A stretch of 64,000 bases of DNA from Diplonema japonicum (taxonomy: Eukaryota > Protista > Euglenozoa: Diplonemea), in the NCBI GenBank assembly GCA_964019335.1, contig OZ025740.1, positions 1 to 64,000 on the forward strand. The letters are read 5' to 3'. Below, piece by piece: positions 30,577 through 42,939 of this stretch. The notes under the pieces were generated by a model. That model did no database searches and had not been told where the DNA came from. It was given only the letters and a program-made list of their open reading frames with translations. Numbering within the stretch: the stretch's first letter is position 1; the number at the start of each line of letters is the position of its first letter. The position numbers were made by a program, and so were the translations under genes.

Positions 30577-32406
30577 TTAATGGAACTGCTGTGCCCTCCT
30601 CGCCAGCACAGTGGCGGCAACCACTCTGATGAAGACGAAGGCCCCCAGCATGATGAGGGTGTAGATCCACCAGTCGTCCCTGTTGATGTTGCTGTCCTCG
30701 ATGGTGCGGGCGACCACCTCCAGTGCGAAGGTGTTGTTGTCGGGGAGGTTCTTGTCCGAGAACTCGACGATGGTGCTGAGGGCCACCCCGTACTTCAGGA
30801 AGCAGCCCCACTGAATCCAACGCATGAAGGCAGGGATCGCATCGCTTGTGATGAAGAACCCCGCGAACAGGATCTGAGGGACGTAGATGGCCGGCACAAG
30901 GTTCACTGCCGTCTCCGCACTTGTTGTCGATGCACCAAGCAGCAGCGCCGTCGACCCAGACACAATAGCGAGGAGGGTCAGTGCAAGCACGTGAAGAAAG
31001 AAGTCCCCTTGGTAGTCGATGAGGAAGTACACCACAACAAGACCGAGCAGCTGCTGCAGGAAGGCTACCGGAACGTCGACCATCGTCTTCGCAAGGAAGT
31101 AAGCCGCCGTCCCGTAGGTCCCTGTGATGTACTCCCTGATGAAGACTGGCCGCTCCAAAGGGAACACCAGCAGCAACGGCTCCGCCGACAGGAACATCGC
31201 GTTGATGGTGAAGAATTGCAGCCCACCCCAGTGGTTCTTCACCTTCTTCTCCACATCAGCCCCTGTATCTCCGTCCCCCCACTTGCCCCCTGACCCCATG
31301 AAGATCAACCCAATCAGAATCGCCAGCACGATCGCCATCCCGAACCTGCTCATCAGTGTCATCTCGTCACGCAGCACTTGGTAGAACTCCCGCTTCACCA
31401 GGTGTCGGAACTGTGTCACGAAGGGTGCGGCGTTCGAGTCCCACATCCCAGACGCAGCGGACACCCCTTCGATCTCGCTCCCCTCCTTCACCACGCTCTG
31501 CACTGTCTGGATCAAGGGCTGCGCCTCCTCGTCTGTGATCCGCTGCACAGTCGTCATCGCGAAGTCGGCGGGGTTGTAGTTTGGTTTGCAGTGGTGGCCG
31601 TGTGCCGCGAAGTGCTCCGCCACCCCCTCCACAGGCCCGTTGTACACCATCTGCCCGTAGCGCAGCAGCATCACACGGTGGAACAGGTCGAACACCTCAC
31701 TGGAGGGCTGGTGGATCGTGCACACGATGGTGCACCCCGCCTCCGCCAACCCCCGGAGGATCTTCACAAGTTCAAACGCGTTGTGCGAGTCCAGCCCGCT
31801 CGTCGGCTCGTCCAAGAAGATCAGTGACGGTGACGAGATGAGCTCCACAGCCACCGCCGTCCGCTTCATCTCACCACCAGACAGCCCAGGCGACAGGACG
31901 GACCCGATCAGCGTGTCGGCACAGCGGTCCAGGTTCAGCGAGGCGATCGCCCTGTTCACCAGCTCCTCCCTTTCCTCCTCACTCGAGTCGGGGAGCTTCA
32001 GGGCCGCCGTGAAGTGCAGGCACTCTCGAGGGGTCTGCGTCGCGAACAGAGCATCCTTCTGCATCACGTAAGCAAGCTTCGTCTTGTACTGCTTCGGGTC
32101 CACAGCCTCCCCGTTCATCGTGATGCTCCCAGAAGCCCTTCCGTAAGGAGCCCTCCCCGCCAGTACGTTCATGAGGGTGCTCTTCCCCGCCCCAGACGGG
32201 CCCATGATGGCGGTCAGCTCCCCAGGACGCAGCGTCCCACCCAGGTCGCTCAGGATCTGCTTCGTCTCACCCTTGCTCAGGTCCACAACGAAGTCGAGGT
32301 TGCTCCACTTCAGGGTGAGTGGCTCGATGAGAGACTTGTCATGGAAGCCGGTGCTGGTGGGGGCCTCCTCGTCGAAGGGGGCCGTCGTCGTTGGGGCGGT
32401 CGACAT
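30577..32406 (-). CDS. ABCG (white-family) half transporter
   Basis: Walker A GPSGAGKS, signature LSGGEMKR, LIFLDEPTSGLD, TIHQP, C-terminal TMD with ERPVFIRE. Start set at MSTAP. Confidence 0.95.
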   Translation of the reverse strand: MSTAPTTTAPFDEEAPTSTGFHDKSLIEPLTLKWSNLDFVVDLSKGETKQILSDLGGTLRPGELTAIMGPSGAGKSTLMNVLAGRAPYGRASGSITMNGEAVDPKQYKTKLAYVMQKDALFATQTPRECLHFTAALKLPDSSEEEREELVNRAIASLNLDRCADTLIGSVLSPGLSGGEMKRTAVAVELISSPSLIFLDEPTSGLDSHNAFELVKILRGLAEAGCTIVCTIHQPSSEVFDLFHRVMLLRYGQMVYNGPVEGVAEHFAAHGHHCKPNYNPADFAMTTVQRITDEEAQPLIQTVQSVVKEGSEIEGVSAASGMWDSNAAPFVTQFRHLVKREFYQVLRDEMTLMSRFGMAIVLAILIGLIFMGSGGKWGDGDTGADVEKKVKNHWGGLQFFTINAMFLSAEPLLLVFPLERPVFIREYITGTYGTAAYFLAKTMVDVPVAFLQQLLGLVVVYFLIDYQGDFFLHVLALTLLAIVSGSTALLLGASTTSAETAVNLVPAIYVPQILFAGFFITSDAIPAFMRWIQWGCFLKYGVALSTIVEFSDKNLPDNNTFALEVVARTIEDSNINRDDWWIYTLIMLGAFVFIRVVAATVLARRAQQFH

Positions 32407-33680
32407 GTTCTTGCAAGAAATGATCTTTTTCTGGATAAGGTGTGATCGGTTGCAAAGCAATACAAAAAGAAAATGAAGAAAAATGAAATGTTTCATGATG
32501 AACAGGCTTATTACTGTAGATATCAAAAAAAAGAATGCCGGCAGCGTTGTGCATTACGAATAATTTCTTTTCTTCTTTGTTCTCTCGTTCAAGGAAAAGA
32601 AAAAAAAGGAAAAATAACACAGTTGGTTCAGATGACCCTCTAAGCGCAAGAGGTTGTTGTTTCAATATTTTCTTTTGCAACAGACGGTGCAAAGATGACG
32701 TATTTCGATGGATGGCTGTGATGACCATGACATTCGAGAGAGTATGCTTTGCCTGCGGACACTAATCCACTGTTGTTAAAAAGAAGAAACATATAAATAG
32801 AGGTTTGAGGTAACCTTTAGTAAGCACGAGCACAATAGGCCGGTCAGCTTGGAAAGCTGATGTGAGTAACGATAAAAAAATGAAAGGAATGGAATCATGG
32901 CATGAAGCTTTTTTTTTTTTTTTCAGAAGACAAAAATAATATAAGAGTTAAGAAAGTCTGGCTCTATACCCATCTTCGGATTTCGAAGAAGCATCCAAAG
33001 CTGGCTAGGAATATAGCCAAGACGCAGGCATAAACCTCGGACACAAGGGAATTAAAATGGGTTTAAAGAGAGATGCCCCGCAAAGTTGTCGTGCCTTCTC
33101 CCCAGCTTGGTCGCTTTTCCCCTTCTGATAATAACTAAGAGCAAGGTTCTTATACGTTGTCTGAGGATGGGTCTTATCGTCATTCCCAGCGAGTCCCACC
33201 GTTCATCAGCCGGAAAGGCCCCTTCCTAAACCTCAGCTTCTTCGCTTTCGCAACGGGAAAAAGGGGTGTGCATGGGGGTGCCCACTGTTCAATATAAATT
33301 CACTATGATAGGAACGAAGTGGTTAGCAACGGCCCGCCAATATAAAAAAAAAAAAGAAAAAAAGAAAAAAAAAAGAGACATTTAAGGGTTCCTGCGATGT
33401 GCGGCAGGACGCCTGATAGACTATAAAGATTTTTTAAATGCAATCCTGCTTGAGAACAGCTTCTAACAAAAAAAAAAAAAAAAAAAAAAAACGCCTTTGC
33501 CCTGTCGAGCAACGGTTTAAAAGGAGAGAGAACAACTAATAGAAAAAAAAGAATAAATTCGATAAAAATTTCAATGTGCATGGGGGTGCTCACTGTTCTA
33601 TTTAAGAAAAAAGGACGACTACGTGGTTCAATTATTCGCTATTTGTTATAAACCTCGTGCAAAGGCAAAAAAAAAAAAAA

Positions 33681-34137
33681 GTTGTCTCGATTTTAGTGGT
33701 GCCATGCAGTATGTGACACAGCGGCCACCCTTGTGAAGCTTCGCCCCGAAGCCTCCCAAGTCCCCTGTGGTCCCGTAGAAAGTAAAAGTGGAGAGGTAAA
33801 GAAAGCTTGGAAATTGAAATAGGGAGAGGGGCCACAGAAGCAATTAAAACACCAACTGAAGAGTTGTGGAGGCTTGCTTCACTGGCACGATGCCGCGGGG
33901 AGGCTACTTGCCTGACCTGGTGAAGCCACCTCCTTGTTCGATGTAATGGGATAAGGGACTCTCCGTTGAGGGCGATGCTAACTGGCGCCACGCGTAGGGT
34001 GGGCTCTCCACCCCCGTCCAGGTTTCCCCACGTGTACGGCTTTAGAACGAGAGTTTCCCTTTCGCTTGTGTTTCTCCAAACCACAATTACCAGGAACCAC
34101 CACAGGGAGGTTGGAAACATTGGTCCCCCAAAAAAAG
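33681..34137. repeat. ~455-bp near-identical repeat; second copy at 36601-37055
   Basis: Direct sequence comparison. Confidence 0.9.
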
Positions 34138-34524
34138 AACAGGGTTTCAATTCCCTGGAAAAGAAGCTTTCTTAAATTTCAATGACAAAAATAGCGATTA
34201 ATGGACCATATTCTTCATTGTCTTTTTTCCTTTTTCTTTTTTAAAAAAGAATCATGCAAAACGAAGAAATGAAGAAAGTTCACGTTTGTTTGTACGTGCC
34301 GTGCCGGGGTAAAACCTGGAGAAAGTTTGTAAAACCCGAGAACACGTTGCCAACGTTCCCTTTTAGACAGCCCGAAGACCTGTTCTTGCATTAAAAAAAA
34401 AGATTCTATGACAGGAACGAAGTGGTTAGCAAAGGCCTACTAGAAGAAGAAGAAAAAAAAGGACCTTAACTTCTTTTGCATTGTATTGTATTTCAAAAAA
34501 GAACTACGCCTACCTTGTAGGGAA

Positions 34525-34590
34525 GGGAGGGGGAAGGGGAAGAGAAGGGGAAAGAGAAGGGGAAAGAGAAGGGGAAGAGAAGGGGAGAAA
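34525..34590. repeat. Purine microsatellite (GAAGGGGAAAGA)n
   Basis: Visible tandem units. Confidence 0.7.
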
Positions 34591-34793
34591 GGGTAGTTCA
34601 CATGTGCTGCGACGCCCCAGTAGGAATTTCTTTTGATTTAGCACGAAGACATTTTCTGTCGGAGAAGGCCTTTCTGTTCAAGTTCTGTTAGTTTTCATAG
34701 CTATATGACATGCAATGCCTGACCATCACTCTCAGGTAGTACCTGTCCGCTTTCTTTGGAAGTTTAAGAGCGCGAAAAATAAACTGACCCGCA

Positions 34794-36551
34794 TCAGCTG
34801 CAGGGATCTGGTGAGTCACAGACGGAGCCCAGCTCCAAAGCCTCTTCAGGAGGATCGTAGCTAATATTCGGGACCCCATGGTTGATGCTCAGAAGGTGCC
34901 CGTCGGTCTCCCCATCGTCAGGAAAGGTGTCCCCTTCCCCCTCTGCCATGTAATCCTTGTACGCCGTGTACCTCGGGAACAGACATGCAAACGAGGTGAG
35001 TGCCGTGAACACATCGCCACGCGCCTTACACGAGTCCTCGTACACCCCGACATAGGTGTTGACGATGATGTGGAGCACAATGTCCACGAACACAACCTTC
35101 GACACGAACATGCCAGCCAGCGTCTGCATCACAAGCCTCGCGAGGAACAGTGGGGTCATAAAGGTCTTCACCACATCCACACCCTCATCCTTCAGAGCCA
35201 CCAGGTGTTCCGCCATCAGTACACCGGCCACCAAGCACCCGAGCCCAAGGACTTGTAGTACGATAGCTGCCCGAGCCACTTTCGTCATCACCTTCAGTGC
35301 CTCTTCTCGAGTCACAGCATTCAAGAGCTCCTCCGAGTAAATCAGATACAAAGCCATGCTCAGAGTGATGAAGATGGCGGTGAACATCACGGGGATGGTC
35401 CCCACCACCACCAGCAGAAGTGCCATGATGCACATCACCACAGGAAGCGTGGACGCCTGCAGTATGATCAGCATCCACCCTGTCACCCGAACACCGGGGA
35501 ACATCAGCTTCGACATCCTCAGACCCCCTTGAAGGCCCAGCATCAGCCCAAGCACACCTGGGGCAAGTGACTTCAGTGTCTGCAGTGCCCCAATGAGGAA
35601 TGGTAGGTAGATGATGTAGCGCAGCGTGAGTCCCACGAATGTGAAGACCAACTGGAACGAGGAGCTACCCTGACCATCCACCAACTTGATCTTGTTCGAG
35701 ATCGAATCTGCCATGTGGCTGATGGACTCCTTGCACACGCTGTCAACGTTGACGACCTTGTCCCCTATCTCCAGTGTGTAGTTTGCTGCTTCGTAAACAC
35801 GTTCAATGTTGCTCAGGCAGAAGATGCACAGGTCCTGCACCTGTTCCTTGGGCTGCACAATGTCCATCCAAGGAATGAAGAAGTAGATGAAAGGGAAGAA
35901 GAAGACAAGGATCCAACCAACGGCCACCAGCTTTATGCTCTGGTTGTACGAGGTCCACCGCCATGCCGCTGCCGAGCAGAAGGAGATTGCCACAACCTGC
36001 TGGACAATGGGGATGAACTGCAAGAGCTGATCTTTTGCTTTTTCACGAAGCTGCAAAGAGTCGCTGGAAATAGTACTACTCTCCACACGGACACCGAAGG
36101 CATCAGCCTCGTACAGGGCTGCGATGTTGATGCCCAAGACTGCCAAGTAGAAGACAATGCCCATGTTGAGATGCGACCGTCTCCAGGCAAGGTAGGCCCT
36201 CGAGACCTGTGGTGCCCCGTTGCCGAGTGCCGTTGTTGTTGCTATCCGTTCGTCAGCCTCCACCTCAATCACCGACAGATCAGTCTTCAAGAGCCTCCCG
36301 ATCCGAGGAACCTGCAGCTTCACGTTCAGCAGTGCCTTCACAGGGTGTGTCACCTGGCTGAATATGAAGAAGTACAGCAGCACAGCAAAGGCTAACAACA
36401 AGCACAATATCATGAGAATATACCCAAGGTACGAGAGGCCCTGTGTCGCGATGTAGTCAGGGATGTCCTCAACAGGCGAAAAAACAGGCTGGCTGGACCC
36501 CACCGCGGCCACTGCTGCAAGCATCGCGAACCTTGCTGACATTTGTTGCAT
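34794..36551 (-). CDS. Multipass membrane protein, paralog 2
   Basis: Homologous to paralog 1; start set at MQQMS because the ORF-track extension runs through the upstream repeat. Confidence 0.85.
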   Translation of the reverse strand: MQQMSARFAMLAAVAAVGSSQPVFSPVEDIPDYIATQGLSYLGYILMILCLLLAFAVLLYFFIFSQVTHPVKALLNVKLQVPRIGRLLKTDLSVIEVEADERIATTTALGNGAPQVSRAYLAWRRSHLNMGIVFYLAVLGINIAALYEADAFGVRVESSTISSDSLQLREKAKDQLLQFIPIVQQVVAISFCSAAAWRWTSYNQSIKLVAVGWILVFFFPFIYFFIPWMDIVQPKEQVQDLCIFCLSNIERVYEAANYTLEIGDKVVNVDSVCKESISHMADSISNKIKLVDGQGSSSFQLVFTFVGLTLRYIIYLPFLIGALQTLKSLAPGVLGLMLGLQGGLRMSKLMFPGVRVTGWMLIILQASTLPVVMCIMALLLVVVGTIPVMFTAIFITLSMALYLIYSEELLNAVTREEALKVMTKVARAAIVLQVLGLGCLVAGVLMAEHLVALKDEGVDVVKTFMTPLFLARLVMQTLAGMFVSKVVFVDIVLHIIVNTYVGVYEDSCKARGDVFTALTSFACLFPRYTAYKDYMAEGEGDTFPDDGETDGHLLSINHGVPNISYDPPEEALELGSVCDSPDPCS

Positions 36552-38202
36552 TGCTGCTGTAGATATAATAATAAGAAATAGCAGAATAATACAAAAGAAA
36601 GTTGTCTCGATTTTAGTGGTGCCATGCAGTATGTGACACAGCGGCCACCCTTGTGAAGCTTCGCCCCGAAGCCTCCCAAGTCCCCTGTGGTCCCGTAGAA
36701 AGTAAAAGTGGAGAGGTAAAGAAAGCTTGGAAATTGAAATAGGGAGAGGGGCCACAGAAGCAATTAAAACACCAACTGGAGAGTTGTGGAGGCTTGCTTC
36801 ACTGGCACGATGCCGCGGGGAGGCTACTTGCCTGACCTGGTGAAGCCACCTCCTTGTTCGATGTAATGGGATAAGGGACTCTCCGTTGAGGGCGATGCTA
36901 ACTGGCGCCACGCGTAGGGTGGGCTCTCCACCCCCGTCCAGGTTTCCCCACGTGTCGGCTTTAGAACGAGAGTTTCCCTTTCGCTTGTGTTTCTCCAAAC
37001 CACAATTACCAGGAACCACCACAGGGAGGTTGGAAACATTGGTCCCCAAAAAAAGAAAAGGCGAAGGATTCCATAGCTGTGTTTGTCAAGGGGTAGGTAA
37101 AAGCTTATCACCATTAAGCTGCCGCTGACAGCGGCACTGCTTTATGGCAATGCTTGCTTTTGATTTTTAAATCAAGTATAGGAATCCTTTTTTTTCTTTT
37201 GGTTCTTAACCGACTTCACCTGGTCAGTAAGGAAACGGGTGTTCTAACATAGTACGTTGAGTCACTCACTGGGATTTCTTTTTATCTTTTTTCTCAATTT
37301 GATAGTTCTTTTCTTTCTTCTGAAAAAAAAAAAAACCAGACTGAACAGCATTCCTTAGCGTTAAAATGACAATCTTAACCTCGTAGGGGGGAGAGCCCCT
37401 TGTGCTACGGGGTGAACGCGGCGATGCGTGAGGTGGCGTTCCACGGGGAGCGGTTATTTTTCCTTCTTTTTTCTTTCCTTTTTTTTTCCCCCTCTCCCCA
37501 ATTGTACTTCATTAAAAAAATCGACTAGAGTGTCGACCGAAGTAGCTTATCTCAGAAAGAAACTATTCTGTTAAACTGCCTATTCTACATTTAGTATAGT
37601 CCCACCTGGGGGAAAAAAAAAAAAATTCACTATGATAGGAACGAAGTGGTTAGCAACGGCCCGCCAAAAAAAAAAAAAAAAGTCATTTTGTTTCATAAGG
37701 GAGAAAGGGACGACAAGTAAAGGTTTTGCGTTTGCAAGCCGGCGCTAGTGATCCCATAAAGGAAAGCCCCGCGTGGGGAGGGGCGAAAGCACACCGAAAT
37801 ACACAAAGACAGTACACGAAGTGAGGGCCAAAAGGTTGAGATGGAGAATAACATAAAACAAAATCGAAAAAGAAAACAAACGCGGTGTTTAAGGGCAAAC
37901 CTCACTTGGGACCACCTATAAATATGTATAAAATAAGCAGTCCGAAGAGAACTGTAAGTATTAGAAAAATCTAGATTGACTAAATCAACTGCACACTGGG
38001 GGGAAAGGTATCTTCTTGGCCTTTAGAAAGACGGGCTAATCACGAAACAAGGCCAGGCGCAAATTGATATAAAAAAAAGCCAAAGACGGAGATACAGACT
38101 CTTTCTGTTTCTTTTTTAAAACCCCTACGAAACCAATCTTTAAAGAATCCTGAAAGACAACTCACTATGATAGAAAACGAAGTGGGCTCACAGAAGATTT
38201 CT

Positions 38203-39945
38203 TTAGCAAGGTACAGAAGACGAAATAGAGCCCAGCTCCAAAGCCTCTTCAGGAGGATCGTAGCTAATATTCGGGACCCCATGGTTGATGCTCAGAAGGT
38301 GCCCGTCGGTCTCCCCATCGTCAGGAAAGGTGTCCCCTTCCCCCTCTGCCATGTAATCCTTGTACGCCGTGTACCTCGGGAACAGACATGCAAACGAGGT
38401 GAGTGCCGTGAACACATCGCCACGCGCCTTACACGAGTCCTCGTACACCCCGACATAGGTGTTGACGATGATGTGGAGCACAATGTCCACGAACACAACC
38501 TTCGACACGAACATGCCAGCCAGCGTCTGCATCACAAGCCTCGCGAGGAACAGTGGGGTCATAAAGGTCTTCACCACATCCACACCCTCATCCTTCAGAG
38601 CCACCAGGTGTTCCGCCATCAGTACACCGGCCACCAAGCACCCGAGCCCAAGGACTTGTAGTACGATAGCTGCCCGAGCCACTTTCGTCATCACCTTCAG
38701 TGCCTCTTCTCGAGTCACAGCATTCAAGAGCTCCTCCGAGTAAATCAGATACAAAGCCATGCTCAGAGTGATGAAGATGGCGGTGAACATCACGGGGATG
38801 GTCCCCACCACCACCAGCAGAAGTGCCATGATGCACATCACCACAGGAAGCGTGGACGCCTGCAGTATGATCAGCATCCACCCTGTCACCCGAACACCGG
38901 GGAACATCAGCTTCGACATCCTCAGACCCCCTTGAAGGCCCAGCATCAGCCCAAGCACACCTGGGGCAAGTGACTTCAGTGTCTGCAGTGCTCCAATGAG
39001 GAATGGTAGGTAGATGATGTAGCGCAGCGAGAGTCCCACGAATGTGAAGACCAACTGGAACGAGAAGTCTCCCTCATCATCCACCAACTTGATCTTGTTC
39101 GAGATCGAATCTGCCATGTGGCTGATGGACTCCTTGCACACGCTGTCAACGTTGACGACCTCGCCGTCGATCTCCAGTGTGTAGTTCAAGCTGTCGTAGA
39201 TTACTTGGATGTTGCTCAGGCAGAAGATGCACAGGTCCTGCACCTGTTCCTTGGGCTGCACAATGTCCATCCAAGGAATGAAGAAGTAGATGAAAGGGAA
39301 GAAGAAGACAAGGATCCAACCAACGGCCACCAACGTTATGCTCTGGCTGTACGAGGTCCACCGCCATGCCGCTGCCGAGTAGAAGGAGATTGCCACAACC
39401 TGCTGGACAATGGGGATGAACTGCAAGAACTGATCTTTTGCTTTCTCTCTTAGTTGGTAAGAGTTGCTGGATATGAGACTGACCTCCACACGGACACCGA
39501 AGGCATCAGCCTCGTACAGGGCTGCGATGTTGATGCCCAAGACTGCCAAGTAGAAGACAATGCCCATGTTGAGATGCGACCGTCTCCAGGCAAGGTAGGC
39601 CCTCGAGACCTGTGGTGCCCCGTTGCCGAGTGCCGTTGTTGTTGCTATCCGTTCGTCAGCCTCCACCTCAATCACCGACAGATCAGTCTTCAAGAGCCTC
39701 CCGATCCGAGGAACCTGCAGCTTCACGTTCAGCAGTGCCTTCACAGGGTGTGTCACCTGATCGAATAGGAAGACGTACAGCAGCACAGCAAAGCCGAACA
39801 ACAAGCACACCCCCATGAGAATGTATGCAAGGTACGAGAGGCCCTGTGTCGCGATGTAGTCAGGGATGTCCTCAAAAGGCGGAGAGGCAGGCTGGCTGGA
39901 CCCCACCGCGGCCACTGATGCGAGCACCAATGACCTGAGCAACAT
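38203..39945 (-). CDS. Multipass membrane protein, paralog 3
   Basis: Homologous to paralogs 1 and 2. Confidence 0.85.
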   Translation of the reverse strand: MLLRSLVLASVAAVGSSQPASPPFEDIPDYIATQGLSYLAYILMGVCLLFGFAVLLYVFLFDQVTHPVKALLNVKLQVPRIGRLLKTDLSVIEVEADERIATTTALGNGAPQVSRAYLAWRRSHLNMGIVFYLAVLGINIAALYEADAFGVRVEVSLISSNSYQLREKAKDQFLQFIPIVQQVVAISFYSAAAWRWTSYSQSITLVAVGWILVFFFPFIYFFIPWMDIVQPKEQVQDLCIFCLSNIQVIYDSLNYTLEIDGEVVNVDSVCKESISHMADSISNKIKLVDDEGDFSFQLVFTFVGLSLRYIIYLPFLIGALQTLKSLAPGVLGLMLGLQGGLRMSKLMFPGVRVTGWMLIILQASTLPVVMCIMALLLVVVGTIPVMFTAIFITLSMALYLIYSEELLNAVTREEALKVMTKVARAAIVLQVLGLGCLVAGVLMAEHLVALKDEGVDVVKTFMTPLFLARLVMQTLAGMFVSKVVFVDIVLHIIVNTYVGVYEDSCKARGDVFTALTSFACLFPRYTAYKDYMAEGEGDTFPDDGETDGHLLSINHGVPNISYDPPEEALELGSISSSVPC

Positions 39946-40385
39946 TGTTTTCTTTGTTCCTGTGATGTAACATGAAATGCAGAAAAATAAAACTCGATGT
40001 AAAAAGAGAAACTAAACTGAGTACACCCTTCGGGCACGTTAAGAAGTACTGGAAAGTAGCAACTGACAAAAGAAGAAGGCGAATATGCTAAATCCAGTTG
40101 TGCAAACCTATTAGCATATTTGTTTTAACTGAACGAAAAAAGCTGCGAAACCGCCAGCAACCAAACCTCCATTTCGTTTAACTGGAGCTATGTGTATGCA
40201 AGGTAGAATTGCAGCTCCGAGCTGTAAAAAAAGAGCCTTTCGGTATCGGACTTAGAAAGACTGAGGACTTCGGCAGAAAGAAAGAGTGTCTGCAGCGAGA
40301 AATCGAAAGAAATCTGCTGAGCTTAGTCTCCGCTGTCTTGTTCTGGGTTCCTACTGCGGTGGTTAAACTGCGGGGGCAACGTTCC

Positions 40386-42853
40386 CTAAGAACCCAACAG
40401 TACGACACCTGATCTGTAAGAATCAGTTTGATTATCACGAGTATCAGATTTATCGGGAACTTTCATGAGTAGCAACCTCCTGTCCACATAATGCAAGACC
40501 ATCTCGTCAGCTGGGCCAGGTCGAAGGCGTGAGTTTGCTCCGGGCTGAGCGTGTTGCGACCGTGAGCTTGAGTGTACCTCAACAACTCCAACCTCCCGCC
40601 TATTACGAGCTTGAAGCTCTAGCAAGATGTCCTCACGGTTCGCTGCATCTATTTGTACATCCACTCCTCCTCCTTGACGGAGATAGCATCTTTCAGGCTG
40701 AAGACAACGGTGGGCTTATCCATGCTAATGGCAAAGAGGCCTACTGCCTCGCAGTAGAAGGTCATTCTCGGGCTTGAATGTGACGATAGGGATGGCGTAC
40801 GGGACGGTTATAGCAGGTAACCTCGGGTCCGCCATGTACAAAGGGTTCGGGATGACTGGATCTGTGATAATGTAGCTGCATGCGGTCCACGCCTACGCGG
40901 CTGAGGTGAACTACCGCTATCGTCTGGTAATGCCGGTCACCGTACCTCGTGCACGTCCGACGTCCGTATGTTGTTGATGAACAGTGCCGCTTTATCACAC
41001 GCGTCACTACACCTGCACGACACGTTCCACGACAAGTAAAGACACTGAGGGTCATACGATGCAAACCCGTGAATCACCCCTTTCACCGCCCCACTTGCCA
41101 TCTGCACCTGCTCCATCACCATTCCAAACCTCGCATCGGGGAGCAATCTCCCGTCTTGCTGCATCCTGATCTTCGCCAGACACCCTTTTGTTGGTGTAAG
41201 CCCCATGGTGATGCCTCCCGTGGGGGCAGGAGCTGACGCCCCCGACGCTTTCTTACGTGAATGCGTGCTGGATACGGAGCTTACGGTGCTCTTGTCATCT
41301 AAAGTGTCCCCTTCGCCTTGAAAGAGCGTGGTGGGGAGGAAAGCTTTGTACTCCTTCAGCGCATCGCACGCAAGGCTCAGCCCGGTGGAGACAGCATCGA
41401 CCTCGGTTACTACAACAACACACCGCCGGTCCCTGCTGGTGTCCAGAACCTCTTGCACAATGTCAGCGTCAAATGTCTGCAGGGAGTACATGAGCTTGCC
41501 GATCTTTCTCAGAGGAAGCGCGACAAGGTAGATCTCGAACAGTGCCATTGACGTGTCGAACACGAAGACTGCGACAGCGAAGAATATGAACACCGTCAGC
41601 GCCTCGAGCACCTCCTTCTGCACTGCATCTGTCGTCTGCAGCCACAGCACAGCTGCGTTGATGGGCAGGACCTCAGACCTTGTCACGAACCTCAGCAGGA
41701 TGCTTTGCCGAAGGAAGTATTCCTTGGTCCCTAGGTCGGCCTTCCAGAAAACGGTATTCGGGAGTTCTCGCCTTGCGAATTCCGGACTGCGCCACCCCGC
41801 CTGGATCACACTGGACATATTGTGGATCGTCATATCACGCACTTTGCGATGTCGCTCCCTGCTGCAGCGGTCTGCCAGCATGTCTTGTCAATCATGCCCT
41901 GCCCTGATGTCGTCATGTCGTACAGGATAAGCGTCGTGTCCTTGCTCTCGGTGGAATACCTCGCCACCGCTTCCTCCCAGAAGGTAAAGATGATGCGGGT
42001 CCGCATCCACACCTGTTTGTACACGGACCAAGGATGCGGGGCCGCTGGCGGCATGTACCCCTGGTCAAAGGCCATCACGACGTAGGGGTTCCTGTCTGAC
42101 GCGTGCCGTGCCTCTGGCTTCCTGTACCTCTTCAGCACCGCACGGCCCTCTCCCCGAACGAACAGGTCCCCCGCATCCGTGTCAGCAGTGTACCGCCCGA
42201 AGTCACCATTCTTAGGGAACTTGTACCGAGCTGTCCAGTTGTAGGTCGGGAAGGGGAAGGAGTACGCGTATTCGTTCACTGACCCGTTCCCATGGAGGGA
42301 GAGCCCGACCACGTCCATCTCGGATGCGTTCGGTCGGCTCTTTTTTTTTTTTTGGCTAAGGTGCTGCCCGTACCTCACGTAGAAGTACTCCCTGGTGCCG
42401 TCTGCCTTGAGATCGTACCGGATGTGCGTGTATTGCGCAGCAGGGTCATGGGGCTCCCAGGGCACGAGGTCGATGCCCACCTCTTGGATGACTGAACTGC
42501 TCGCGATGCGGGAGAAGGACTTCCAACGAATAAAGTTGCTCCACTCGGCCGTTGCAGAGACAGGGGCAGCTATCAAGTTCGTCGCCTTGCTGCGGTACAC
42601 AGGCACAGGCGATGTCACCACCGGGTCTTCAACAGACATGAAAAGCTCCATCAGCTCGTCGTTCGCGGAGATCAGCTCTGCGTTCGAGCTCAAGATGATG
42701 TCCCGGAGCCTACCCACCTCTGTCTCAGAAGACTTCTCCACAACGTTCTCAAGCGATGCCACCGATTCCAAATACATCCACACCCCCCATCACTGAGCAC
42801 ACCGTTGATACTATTGTCGTCATAATGACGAGGACTGTCACATTGATGCGCAT
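40386..42853 (-). pseudogene. Frameshifted receptor-type gene (TM, extracellular domain, TM, degenerate cyclase-like domain)
   Basis: MRINVTVLVIMTTIV.. TM; frameshifts at ~42785 (G run), ~41885, ~40950 and ~40650; shares LKEYKAFLP and EEEWMY motifs with the cyclase-like genes at 44-47 kb. Confidence 0.6.
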
Positions 42854-42939
42854 GCTATTGGGAAACACCTCCCCCCCTCCCTCTCCCCCTTTTTTTTTTA
42901 ACACGGTTATTTATTATAACAAATGGGGAATAAATATAT

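Noticed and set aside
36552-37049. N-terminal extension giving a 751-aa paralog 2
   Set aside because: Non-ATG start, runs through a dispersed repeat, and is absent from the other paralogs.
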